From Narcine bancroftii (taxonomy: Eukaryota), in contig NC_091478.1 in the NCBI RefSeq assembly GCF_036971445.1, positions 79,360,001 through 79,424,000 on the forward strand: 64,000 nucleotides of DNA, in the 5' to 3' direction. Position 1 is the first letter of the stretch, and each line of letters opens with the position of its first letter. Under the pieces are notes generated by a model. The model was not told the origin of the DNA. It searched no databases and saw only the letters and a program-made list of their open reading frames with translations. The position numbers were made by a program, and so were the translations under genes. Shown piece after piece: positions 26,020 through 38,799 of this stretch.

Positions 26020-27240
26020 GCACCTACTGAGGCTGATGTCAGGACATCATTCAAGAGGGTGAACCCTTGCAACGGTTCGAAGCCTGATGAGGGTACTGAA
26101 AATCTGGGCCAACCAACTAGCCAGTGTTCGTGAACATTTTCTGAGGTTCCCATCTGCTTCAATAGGCATCAATCATCCCGGTGCCCAAGAAGAGTGAGCT
26201 GCCTCAACAATTACCAGAGCACTCTCATCTACTGTGATGAGATCCATTGAGAGGTTGGTCATAGCCAGAATTAACACTTATCCTAAGTCAAGACCTGGAC
26301 CCACTGCAATTTGCTTACCGTCACAATCTCCTCACAGCAGATGTAACATCATGGCTCTCCACTCAGCTCTGGATTATTGGAAGACCACAGTCATTGTGAA
26401 TTGGAAATGTCTCCTCACTGATAATCAACACAGATGCACCTCAAGGATGTGGGTGTAGCTCAATGCTCTATTCACTCTACACCCTGACAAGCTTGGAACA
26501 ATTCAAATGCCATCTACAAGTACATCTACACTGTTGTCGACAGAATTACATTTGGCAATGAGGAAGTGTATAGGAGGGTGGTTGAGTGGTGTCACAATAA
26601 CCTTGCACTCAACATTAGCAAAACCAAGGAGCTGATTGTGGACTTGAGGAAATCAGAAGAACACAAACCAGTCCTCATTGAGGGGTTAGCAGTAGAGAGT
26701 TAAGATTTCAAATTCCTGGGACTCAAATCTCGAAAGATCTGTTCTGGGGCTTCCATTTCAATACAATCACAAAGAAGCCTTGCCAGCATGTAAACTTTGT
26801 GAGGCGTTTGAGAATATTTGGTATGTTACCAAAGACTCAAATTTCTATAGGTATAGAGAGTGGAGAGTATTCTGTCTGGTTGCATCATTATCTGGTATGA
26901 AAGTGACAATGCAAGTTGTTAACTTGGCCAGCGACATCACAGGTCTTCACTCCATCGAGGACATCTACAAGAGGTGGTGCCTTAAGAAAGCAGCCTCTAT
27001 CCTCAAGGACTGCCCAACCTCTTCACATTGCTACCATCAGGAAAAAGGTTCAAGAGCCCTCAACTTCTTGCCTCCTGCCATCAGATTTCTGAATGGACAA
27101 ACAACCACAGACAATACCTCACTATCCTAATATCTTGCACTTAATATTTATTTTTGAAATGTAATTTATAACAATATTTGCATTGTGATGTTGCTGCAAA
27201 ACTAATTTTGTGGCAAGTTTACGACAAATTCTGATTCTAT
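26020..27240 (+). mobile_element. Rex1/Babar LINE, decayed RT and 3' end
   Basis: IIPVPKK, ALSSTVMRSIERLV and LDPLQFAY motifs; (ttctga) tail. Confidence 0.82.
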
Positions 27241-28774
27241 ACAACAAAATGTTTTATGCAATCATTCCCACGAGTAGTTTTTTTTCAGTAAAGGTTTTAT
27301 ATGATCATCAGTAACTGGTGACCTCAATTATAAACGGCTTGATACTGTACTAACAATTCACAGTTGGTCAGATTTGAACAACATAAAGACAATCTTGGGA
27401 AATTGTTAATTTAGAATGCCACATTAATAACATGAAAGCTTAAAAAGTAAATGCTGAAACATTCAAAAGATTGAATGACTTTAAGGCTTTTAAGAAAAAT
27501 TCAGTCCCAGGAAACCGTAAAATCACTGCGTGATCGAGTTCAGAAAGTAACACTGATTTAAAAAAAAAATTAAAACAAGAATGTTGAAAAATTTTTAAGA
27601 ATATTGATGATCATGTTTAAGGTTTATGTTTTACTGCTAAAACAGGCAAAAATATTAATTTACATCATTCACATTTTTCCAGAAGATTATACATAATTTA
27701 TATTAAATTCCTTTGTTCCATTTCACATTTCATTGTTATTGACAATTAGATTTGTGACCATACATGTAGCTTTCATTTAAAAAAAGAATCTGGACAACTT
27801 TACAGATAGGCTGTACTCTTACTCATCAGATGTGGAAGCTGTCTTATCCACACCAGTTCAGTATGTTGAAAAGTAGTAGATTCTTTCTGAAGTTGTGTTT
27901 TTATTCAATATTTTTGTACCTGCAAAAATTTAGTGCGGATATTACCATTGTGTTCAAAGACACTCTCTATTTGCTTTTTCATTCCTAGCTTGCAAATTTC
28001 TGCCTCTGGATTCTTTTGATGAGCTACTAAGGGAGGTCTCATCAATTTTCCTACATCGCACTGTGAAGGCATCCATTAAATCGTTGGAAGGCTTTAGTCT
28101 TAAAGATTGCAAAAATAGGATTGGGCAAATTTTGCAGAGCTAAACTTACACATTTGTGAGCAATGTCTTCAGGTAAATATTTTGAATCTATTTCACATTT
28201 TATTATGATGCATTGCCAAGGTTCTGTAATTCACAGGATGTTCTCTGCTGAAGTTTATTTTTTATGGAATGGGATTAAAGCCCTCTCTATTAGCACTGAG
28301 GTTTCTGATTTGCCAGTTCACAATCAGGGGTGCAGTGGTAATTTTTTTTAACTGCCAGAACTCATCCAAAATGGCAACAAGGAGTTGCCAGAGCTGCCCC
28401 TGAGGTGCCGGAGCAGCACTACACACCTGTTCACAATAGCCTACACAAAAAATGTTTTGGTGCTAATGGGATTTTCATTTTTATTTTTCATGGAATACAT
28501 TCACTGGTCATTATGAGCCTGTGCCACCTAATTACATCCAATTAACCTGCAACCCCAGGTAACTTTGAACAGTGGGAGGAAATCAAAGCCCACGGAGAAA
28601 ACCCATGCAAACATGGGGAGAACGTACAACAACAGACAGCACGGATTCGAACCCTGGTCCCAATTGCTGGCGCTACACCAGCTGTGCTGCCCTTGCACTC
28701 TTCAAAAATATATTGTGATTGATCTTTTAATTTAGTGTGTACTACTTTTCTGCATTAATTCCTTACTTGTGGAA

Positions 28775-29160
28775 AGATATTCTGCCTTTGGAGGTGGTGC
28801 AGAGGAGGTTCACTAGGTTGATTCCAGAGATTATGGGGTTTTCATTTCTGGAGAGATTCAGTCGTCTGTGACTGTACTTACTGAAATTCAGGAGAGAGGA
28901 TCTTAAAGAAACAAATAAAATTATGAAAGGGATAGATAAGATATAGGTAGTAAAGTTACTTCCACCGGTAGGTGAGGCTTGAACTTGGTTTCATAACTTC
29001 AAGATTTAGGGGAATAGATAGAGGATGGAGATGAGGTGGAGCTGCTTTTCCCAAAAAGAAGTGATGAGGAATTCTCTGTGCACAACTGCCTCATTATATT
29101 TTTAAAAGACAGAATTTTGCACAGTAGGGGAATAAAGAGTTATGGAGACAAGGCAGGAAG
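28775..29160 (+). mobile_element. CR1 LINE 3' fragment; an opposite-strand fragment follows at about 29190-29350
   Basis: LEVVQRRFTRLIP motif and YKIMKGIDK-like segment. Confidence 0.75.
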
Positions 29161-30003
29161 GCCCAGTTGTGCTTGACAGGTTAAAGGAACTGATTTCCTC
29201 AATATCTTAAAACCTATTCATCTATGTCTTGAATATACTCAGTGAATGAACCTCCATAATCTTCCTGGGAAGAGTACGAAAGATTCACAATCCTCTGGGT
29301 GAAGAAACTTCTCATCTGCATTTTGAATGGCTGATCCCTTTTGACATTGACCCCAGCTTCTTGACAACCCAGCTTTAGAAGACATATCCAAGCATCCTTA
29401 AATTGTTTTTTCCTCATTAAAACTTTGCAGGATGTCTTTCTGCTACTTAATAGCTTCTAGATTGAAGTTAAAAAAAATCACACCATTTTCTATGCAACAT
29501 ATTGATATCAAACATATTGATGCTGCGCACATAGCCAAGGTTGGCCAGTCTAGCTGCTGACCTGTAACAAAGCTAAGGGAGAGAGCAGGCAGAGAAAGCA
29601 AGAGAGAAAAGAGAAACAAAGACAGAAAGCAGGAAATATGGCGGCACTTGGTGTAATGCTATTACAGCACTAGCAACGTGTACATTCTGGCGCAGTCTGT
29701 AAGGAGTTTGTACATTCTCCACATGTTTGTGTGGGTTTTCCCCAGGTACGATGGTTTCCTCCCACCGTCCAAAAAGTATGAGGTTATAGGTTAAATTGGG
29801 TGCAATATGGAAGAATCTCTTACTGTGTTGTGAATAAAATTTAAATTTATAAATACAGGCTAACAGAAATGCAGAACATGAGAACAAAAAAATGTCAATG
29901 AAAGATGGGAAGGGAAAGAGATAGAGTAAGAGGGAGAAACTATATGCAAATAATGGAGGTTGAATTTACAGAATGGCCTATTAAAAAAAAAACTCCATAG
30001 TGC

Positions 30004-30034
<31 letters not shown>
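30004..30034. repeat. (TA)n microsatellite; another at about 40800-40822
   Basis: Direct inspection. Confidence 0.9.
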
Positions 30035-31469
30035 AATTGTAGAACCATAGAACATTACAGGACAGAAACAGTCCTCTTCGGCCCTTCTAGTCTGTGCCAA
30101 AAAATTTTTTTGCTTAGTCCCACCGACCTGCACCAAGTCCATAGCCCTCCATTCCTCTCCCATTCACATGCCTGTCCAAATACCTCTAAAATGTTAAAAT
30201 TGAGCCCGCATTCAACCACATCAGCTGGAAGCTCATTCCACACCCCCCACCTCTCTCTGTGTGAAGAGGTTCGCCCTCATGTGTACCCTAAACCATTCCC
30301 CTTTCACTCTTAACCCCTGTCCTCTAGTTTGTATCTCACCTACCCTAAGTCTACATTTACTCTGTCTATCCCTCTCATAACTTTAAATACCTCTATCGAA
30401 TCTCCCCTCATTCTTCTATGCTCCAGGGAATAAAGTCCTAACCTATTTAACCTTTCCCTGTGATATAATATATTATGCTGACCACTTGCTATTGGTTATG
30501 TCTAGATTGGCTCCACCCTACTGGTATTACAGATGGTGCAACTTATCCCACTGGTCAGTAGAGGTGGCTTCTTCTGTTAATAAAAGCCTATAGTATGATA
30601 CAAGTCTGGTCCTTGCTTATGGCATTATCAATTTTATTAACAAGAAAATTATGGATACTTCTCTGAAACCTGGAAGACTCGAGATAGATTAAGATGCCAC
30701 CCGAGCCGGAGAAAAGTTCCACCACTGGCTCCAGTGTTTTGAAGCATACGTGCAAAAGAGCAATGTCGTGCAATATGCTGAGAAAATGGACTATTTTGTG
30801 GCTCTCCTCAGAGACATCCCCTACTCTGTGGTCAGAGAGGTAGCTGGCTACCAGAACACAGTGAATCTCCTTAGAGCCTATTATGATAGGCCTCAAAACA
30901 CCCTGTACTCAAGACACCAGCTTCACATTTGGAATCAACAAGCAGGTGAGAGCGTAGATGTTTTCGTGCTCGCCCTGAAAGGGCTATCCAGGGACTGTGC
31001 CTGCGCTGCTGTCGCGGCTGAAGCCCATCGTGAGTCCCTGATGTTAGACGCGTTCATAAGTGGTCTGGAATCAGGATATGTTACACAGTGCCTACTGGAG
31101 ACTCCGGGCTTGACTTTTAATGCGGCTTTGCATCAAGTGAAGATGCTTCTACATGCTCGCAACTGGTGCCCCGCACAGCAAGATACCTGCACCAACTGTG
31201 GGAAGAAGGGCCATTGGGCCAGAGCTTGCTGAGCTAGAGAGTCGACATTTGGCACTTGTGGTGAGCAGAAGAAAAAGAAGTGCTCAAGCACTGATTCTAA
31301 GCAAGATCGTCATCATAACACCACGATGCTGAGCTGGAGAGTCAATGATTCATCTAGCCCGACTTCGACTTATTCGACTTCTTTTGAATCATCCAGTGGA
31401 TCAATCAGTGACGAGGCGAGGCCCTACATGCCAATGCCACAAGGAGATCTAATCCTGGCTTCCATGAAA

Positions 31470-32125
31470 GTTCTTTCTTTGGCTTGGCTTCGCGGACAAA
31501 GATTTATGGAGGGGTTTGTCCACGTCTGCTGCAGGCTCATTGGTGACTGACAAGTCCGATGCGGGACAGGCAGACACGGTTGCAAGGGAAAATTGGTGGG
31601 TTGGGGTTGGGTGTTGGGTTTTTCCTCCTTTGTCTTTTGTCAGTGAGGTGGGCTCTGCGGTCTTCTTCAAAGGAGGTTGTAGCCCGCCGAACTGTGAGGC
31701 GCCAAGATGCACGGTTGGAGGTGATATCAGCCCACTGGCGGTGGTCAATGTGGCAGGCACCAAGAGATTTCTTTAAGCAGTCCTTGTACCTCTTCTTTGG
31801 TGCACCTCTGTCTCGGTGGCCAGTGGAGAGCTCGCCATAGAACACGATCTTGGGAAGGCAATGGTCCTCCATTCTGGAGATGTGACCCACCCAGCGCAGT
31901 TGGGTCTTCAGCAGCATGGATTCGATGCTTGCGGACTCTGCCAGCTTGAATACTTCGATGTTGGTGATGAAGTCATTCCAATGAATGTTGAGGATGGAGC
32001 GGAGACAGCGCTGATGGAAGCGTTCTAGGAGCCGTTGGTGATGCCGGTAGAGGACCCATGATTCAGAACCGAACAGGAGTGTGGGTATGACAACGGCTCT
32101 GTATACGCTGATCTTTGTGTGTTTC
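31470..32125 (-). mobile_element. RTE LINE 3' fragment nested between gag and protease of the Gypsy element
   Basis: ORF 31537..31917 is nearly identical to the other RTE copies; ttccatga on both sides. Confidence 0.92.
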
Positions 32126-33054
32126 CATGATTAACCATGAAGGTTAATAAAGATAAATCCTACGATCTGCAGCCGTCCACGATGAAAGTGGAGGTAAATG
32201 GGCAACCTATTAACTGTTTATTTGATTCAGGCAGTACAGACAGTTACATTTATCCGTCAACTGCTAGAGCACTAAATCTTGTGTTATACCCGTCTAAGCG
32301 GACAATCACAATGGCTTGCTCGGGACTAGAACAAGATACAACATATTGCAAAATTAAGTTAAAAATAATATATTAATATTAATATATTGACCAAGATTTC
32401 TGTACTCCCTGGCCTATGTGCTCCAATGCATCTGGGTCTAGACTTCCAATGCCAAATGAAAAGTATATTGGCATTTAATAGCCTTTTGCCATCCATCACC
32501 ATCTTGCCAAAGATGTCTTGCGTTTTGTCCACACTAAAAATTAAATCCCCTCGACTCTTCACTAATTTGACCTCAAATTGTAAGCCTGTAGCTACAAAAA
32601 GTAGGTGCTACAGTAAAGAAGACAGACTCTTTATTAAAGACGAGGTAAAGAACTTGTTAAAGGAAAACGTCATCGAGCCCAACACAAGTTTTTGGCACGC
32701 TCAAGTAGTAGTGGTCAGAAATGGCGCGAAACCTAGAATGGTCATGGATTCCAGCCAAACTATAAACAGGTTCACTCAACTAGACGCTTACCCCCTGCCT
32801 CACATTTCAGACATGGTTACTCAAATTGCCCAATACGAAATATACTCCACTATTGATCTGAAATCAGTTTACTACCAAGCTCCCATCAATAAGGATGAAA
32901 GGCAGTTTACTGCTTTTGAGGCAGATGGCAAACTCTTCCAGTTTAAGAGAATTCCTCTTGGCGTCACTAACAGGGTATCCGTTTTTCAAAGAGAGATGGA
33001 TAAGTTAGTGGATATCTATAAGTTTCAGGCCACTTTTCCTTATCTGGACAATGT

Positions 33055-33480
33055 GTGTGTTTATACTAAGGACACCCCGCATCACCCCGCATCACCTCGC
33101 ATCACTGCGCATTTTAGGACTACCCGAACTGTTTCTACCGAGCAATGAATACGCGGTGATGCAGGGCAATGTGAGGTGATGCGAGGTGATGCAGCGCAAT
33201 GCAAGGTGACCAGGAAGTCCGATGAGCAATTGAAAACCGCGGGTGAAAAATTGCGACTTCCGGTGAGTCACCCGCGGTGTTTCCACTGCGAGGTCGTCCC
33301 TCGCATAACCCCGCATCGACCACCTCAAAAGTAGGACGCCGGAGCACCTCGAATCGCTGCACATCGGCCACAACCGGATGTATTTACAGTGCGGCCAGAT
33401 TCGAGGTGTCACCACGCATCACCGCGCTTCACCTCGCATTACCTGGCATCACCGCGCTTTTCCCGGCTCAGTAGAAACAC
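33055..33480. mobile_element. GC-rich palindromic MITE (Harbinger-like) inserted in the Gypsy RT immediately after the YLDNV motif
   Basis: Ends gtgtttatactaag and ctcagtagaaacac are inverted repeats; 10-nt catcacc(t/c)cg repeats in both orientations; host frame YLDNV|TICG is restored on removal. Confidence 0.8.
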
Positions 33481-34214
33481 CATCTGTGGCAAAGACTTGA
33501 ATAATCATGATCCGAACTAAGACACTCATCCATTGAAAAGGAAGCACGAGCTATTATAGAAGCTATCCGCTACTGGAGACACTTCTTAGCTGGCAGGAAG
33601 TTCATCTTTTAACTGACCAAAAATCTGTTGCCTTCATGTTCAACACTAAATTGAAGAGCAAGATTAAAAATGATAAGATTATGCGATTATGCATCGAACT
33701 TTCTACCTATGACTATGACATACTCTATCGTCCAGGAAAATTCAATGATCCTCCTGATGCTCTCTCTCGCGCATCTTGTGCGAGTCTGCAGCTGGACCGA
33801 TTAAAAGTTCTTCAAGAGGAACTGTGCCACCTGGGGGTCACCAGACTTCATCACTATGTGAAATCTGTCAATTGGCCCTATAGAGGATGTGAGAATCCTA
33901 ACTGGACAATGCCCTGTTTGTGCTGAATGCGAACCATGTTATTACAAACCCTCACCTTCCTTGTTGATCGAAGCTTCTCGTCCCTTTGAATGCCTCAGTG
34001 TAGATTTTAAAGGGCCATTGCTTTCAAATATTAGAAATGTTTACTTTCTTAGTGTTATTGATGAATTCTCCCATTTCCCTTTTGCTATCCTTGATTAAAT
34101 TTTTAGTATTTTTGGTTATCTGAATTTAATTCATAGCGATGGAGGTTCAGCCTTTATGAGCTCGGAGCTTCAGCAATATCTTCTTGACAGAAGCATTGCC
34201 ACAAGTCACACTAC

Positions 34215-34918
34215 TGTTGCAGAGTTCTGTGTTGTGTATTGGCCTATGTGTTGTGTGGTTTTATGTTAAAAAAGTGACAGTTTGCCTGAGAGAACCAAGG
34301 TGAAGGTGGACTGCTGAGAGCATGGGAGATGGACTGAGCATGTGCAGAAAATGATCTAAAAATTTCTGGACTTGGACGGTAAACCCCCACTGGGTGGTGT
34401 TGTGGAATGGAAGGAGGCCCAGAGCACGAGTCGTGGTCTGGAGGCCAATTTAGAATGTTGGGATTTCATAAAGGATGAACATTCCGAAGGAAGCCAGAGG
34501 ATCCGGACCAAGTCAGTGGTTCCTCTCTCTCCAAGCAACACAAGACAATTTTGAATTTTGTGCTCTCTCTCTCAAAGATCTTTTGGCTTCAGTTTACCAA
34601 ACAAACTGAATTTTGTTTATGATCTTTGTTTTGGTTGAGATCGAAGTATTGTGAGTCTTGTGTGTTTTGTATCTAAGTTTTTCTATGGGCTGGTTGGAAA
34701 TATAACTTAGATTTGAATTACATATGTTATATTTAGGCTGGGAAATTTATTAGTGTTATACTGTTATAGAAATTTGCATAGTAACCAGTGGGCATTGCTA
34801 TAAAAGGGGGACATTTTGAATTACAGTTTGAAGGTGAATTTTTGTTAATAAAGTAATTGTTCATCTTTACCCTTGTGTGATATGCCTTCTTTGTCGTTGC
34901 TCGTTTGATCTTATAACA
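34215..34918 (+). mobile_element. Solo LTR of another family inserted in the Gypsy integrase
   Basis: TGTT...AACA termini, AATAAA near the 3' end, flanks ctac/gtac; host frame ATSHTT|SYN is restored on removal. Confidence 0.88.
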
Positions 34919-37900
34919 GTACCAGTTACAACACTTGAACGCAGCAATGGTACAATCTGGAAAGCTGTTACCATGGCACTCAAATCTAAGGGTCTCTCCG
35001 CCAGTTGCTGGCAAGAAGAGTTACCTGAAGCTTTGAACTCTATCTGTACCTTACTTTGCACGTCAACTAATGAAACGCCTCATCAGTGTTCGTTTTCTTT
35101 TCCCAAAAAGTCAAAGACTGGATCGACCTTGCCAGCCTGGCTTTCTAGACCTGGGGAAGTCTTGCTGAGAAAGCATGTTAGACAGAGCAAGGTGGATCCA
35201 TTAGTCGAGCATGTACAATTGCTTCAGGCTAACCCACAATATGCTCAAATTGCTTTTCCTGATGGGAGATAAGACATTGTTTCCCTCAAAGATCTTGCTT
35301 TACCTGGGGTTCTGCCTGTAGCTTCTAACCATTTTCCCACTTCCACTAATCTCCCTTTGCCCTCCTCTGAACAGCATGTCTCTGAAATTCAGTCTGTAGA
35401 TTTACCCCAAACAACACCTGCTACCAATCACTTCTTATCTGCTGAAAAAGCACCTTCTCATGTTAGCTTTCAGGAGTGCTCTCCAGTTGTTTTGCATCGG
35501 TCTCAGAGAGTTTCAAGGCCACCACCCCAACGATTTACTTATATGTTTTAATTGCTGCATTTCTCAGATTTATTTTGACTATTGATTTTCTCTCTTCTTC
35601 TGTTGTGCTTTTAACCCTTTTAATTCTAGGGGTTAATTTTTTGGGGGGGGGGTGAATGTAGTTATGTAATGTATTATGCTGACTGCTTGCTATTGGTTAT
35701 GACTGTAGATTGGCTCCTCCCTACTGGTATAACAGATGGCGCAACTTATCCTATTGGTCAGTGGAGGTGGCTTCTTCTGTTAATAAAAGTATGATACAAG
35801 TCTGGTCCTTGCTTATGGCATATCACCCTGTCACTCAGTTCTTGGTCCAGGCAACATTCTAATAAATCTCTGCACTCTTTCTATCTTATTGAAAATTTGG
35901 CCTCACCAATGTCTTACACAACTTGAACATCCCAACTCCTGTACTCAATTATTTGATTTATGAAGGCCAATATGCCAAAAACTCTTTACAACCCTATCCA
36001 CCTGTGATGCCATTTTCAGAGAATTATGTATCTATTCCCAGAGTCCTCTGTCTACTGCATTCCTCAGTGCCCTACCATTTACTGTGCATGAGCTTTCTTG
36101 GTTTGTCCTTCCAAAATGCAACACCTCACGCTTGTCTGCATTAGTGCAACTCCAATCTAGCACCAATGATTGGAACTGAAGTTCAAATCCCATACTGTCT
36201 GTAAGGAGTTTGTACATTCTCCCAATGTCTGCATTAGTTTTCCCAGGGTGGTGTGGGGTTGGTTTTTTCACACTGTTTAAAATGTACCGGGGCTGTAGGT
36301 TAATTGGGTGCCCCGGACTTGTGGGCTGAAATGTTTTATGTCCAAGTTTGAAAAAAAATTAAATTTCATCTGCCATTTTTCAGCCCATTTTTCCGGCTGG
36401 TCCAAATCCATCTGCAAGCTTTGAAAGACTTCCTCACAGCACATCCATTCTTAGTGTCATCTGCAAACTTGCTTATCAAATTTACCACATTACCATCCAA
36501 ATCATTGATATAGATGACAAACAACAATGGTCTCAGCACTGATCACTGAGGCACCCCACTTGCCTGGAGTCACAAGCCTCCAGTCTGAGAAACAATCATC
36601 CACCACTACTCTAGCTTTTCGCATTAATCCATTGTCGAATCCAGTTCACTTCTTTCTGACTAACATCCCATGCGGGACTTTGTCAAAGGTCTTACTAAAG
36701 TCCATGTAGACAATATCTACAGCCTTTCCTTCATCAACTTTCCTGGTAAACTCCTAGGAAAACTCTATGAGATTGGTTACACACGACCTACCGTGCACAA
36801 AGCCATGTTGACTATCCCTAATTAATCCATGACTATCCCAATAATTGTATATCCGATCTCTTTGAATACCTTCCAATAATATAGGTACTACTGATGTCAG
36901 ACTCAGCGGCCTATAAATTCCAGGGTTACTTTTGGACCCTTAACAATGGAATAATGTGAGCTCCCCTCCAATCCTCTGGCACCACACCTGTGGCTATGAA
37001 CATTTTAAATATTTCCGCCAGAGCCCCTGCAGTTTCTACACTAGCCTCCATCAAAGTCCGATGGAATACCTTGTCAGGCCCTGGGGATTTAACCACCCTT
37101 ATATGGTTTAAGACAACTAGCACTTCCTTCTCTTTAATCTGTATAGGTTCCATGACCTCACTCTTGTTTTCCCACGACTCTATGCCCTTTTTCTGAGTTA
37201 ATACTAATGAAAAAAATACATTTAAGACCACTCCCATCTCTTTTGGCTCCATACAAAGCTGATCACTCTTATCTTCAAGGGGGTTAATTTTATCCCTTAC
37301 TATCCTTTAGCTCTTCATATACGTGTAGAAACCCTTAGGATTTTCCTTCACATTGTTGGCCAAAGCAACCTCATGCCTTCTTTAGCCTTCCTGATTTATT
37401 TCTTGAGGTTTTTCTTGCATTTTTTATACCCTAAAGTACATTATTTGCTACATGTTGCCTATACCTGTTACATGCCTCTCTCTTTGTCCATACCAGATCC
37501 CCAATATCCCTCAAAAACCAAGGTTCCCTATGTCTTCTAACCTTGGCTTTGATCCTAACAGGAATCTACAAACTCTGCATTCTTAAAATCTCACTTTTGA
37601 AGCTCCTCCACTTAACTCCCACATCCTTGCACAAAAACAACTTATCCCAATCCACGCATTCTCGATCCTTTCTCATTTCCTGAAAATGGCCCTTTCTCCA
37701 ATTTAGAATCTCAACCCAAGACCCAGGCCTATCCTCTCCATAATTAACATGAAACTAATGACATTATAATTACTGGACTCAAAATGTTCCCTTACACATA
37801 CTTCTGTCACCTGTCCTGTCTTGTTCCCTAATAGGAGATGCAGTATTGCACTCTCTCTAGTTGGTACCTCTAATATTATTGATTTAGAAAACGTTCCTGA

Positions 37901-38418
37901 ACACATCCAGCCCTTTTACAGTATGGGAGTCCCAGTCAATATGTGTGAAGTTAAAATCTCATTATCACAACCTTTGTGTTTCCTGCAGCTGTCTGCTATC
38001 TCTCTACAAATTTGCTCCTCCTATTCTCGGTGATTATTGGGCGATCTATAATACAACCCTTTTCCTGTTCCTCAACTCCACCCATACAGCCTCAGTAGAT
38101 GAGCCCTCTGGTACAGCTGTGATATTTACCCTGATGAGCAATGCCACTCCTCCCCCTTTTGTCCCACTCTGTTCTATCATGTCTAATGAAACAAAAACCC
38201 GGAACATTGAGCTGCCACTCCTGCAACCAAGTTTCAGTAATGGCCACAATGTCTTAATTCCACATGCCAATCCACACTCTTAAGCTCATCTGCCTTTCCT
38301 ATAATACTCTTTGCATTGAAATTGATGAACCTGATAACATTTCCACCACATTCAACCTTTTGGCTTTTTAAAAAATGTTTTAATTTTTCTTCCACACATA
38401 ATTAATCATTATACAATA

Positions 38419-38796
38419 AGTGGTTCTCAACCTTTTTCTTTCCACTCACATACCACTTTAAGTACTCCCTATGCCTTAGGTTCTCTGTGATTAGTAAGGG
38501 ATTACTCAAGGTGGTATGTGAGTGGAAAGAAAAAGGTTGAAAACCACTGTTTTAACCATACCTCATTGACTCGTTATGTGCACAGTTTCATAACTCCAAA
38601 GGAAATGGGTCAATGACCATTTTTCTCAAGCAAAATATTTCAGTAACAATTGGGTTTAGAGCAGTGAGTGATTCTCAGCCTCCCCTTCCCACTCACATAC
38701 CACCTTAAGCAATCCCTTACTAATCACAGAGCACTGATGGCATATGAATTACTTAAAGTGGTATGTGAGTGGAAAGAAAAAGATTGAGAACCACTG
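38419..38796. mobile_element. hAT-like MITE made of two fold-back units
   Basis: agtggttctcaacctttttctttccactcacatacc and its inverse at about 38510-38550 and 38757-38796. Confidence 0.82.
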
Positions 38797-38799
38797 GTT

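Larger units (their letters stand above)
30461..35825 (+). mobile_element. Full-length but decayed Ty3/Gypsy LTR retrotransposon (gag-CCHC, PR, RT, RNase H, IN)
   Basis: LTRs 30461-30630 and 35657-35825 (TG...CA); PPT before 35657; CCCTG duplicated at 30456-30460 and 35826-35830; CTNCGKKGHWARAC, LFDSGS, IDLKSVY..YLDNV, EKEARAI..LTDQKS, VDFKGPL..IDEFS..HSDGG. Confidence 0.95.
30038..38340 (-). mobile_element. CR1 LINE (endonuclease to 3' end, decayed), split by the Gypsy element and a V-SINE
   Basis: 3' end at 30038-30460 resumes at 35826; KSPGPD and VPEDWRGAHIIPL (36926..37252), PTRESAILHLLLGN, KGGGVALLIR endonuclease motifs. Confidence 0.85.

Noticed and set aside
27820-28175. Exon-like segments with AG/GT boundaries on both strands
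   Set aside because: Stops in all frames and no recognisable homology; a non-coding exon cannot be supported without RNA data.
33075-33460. Possible CRISPR-like repeat array
   Set aside because: Eukaryotic context; repeats are 10-nt units in both orientations with no unique spacers, inside a MITE.
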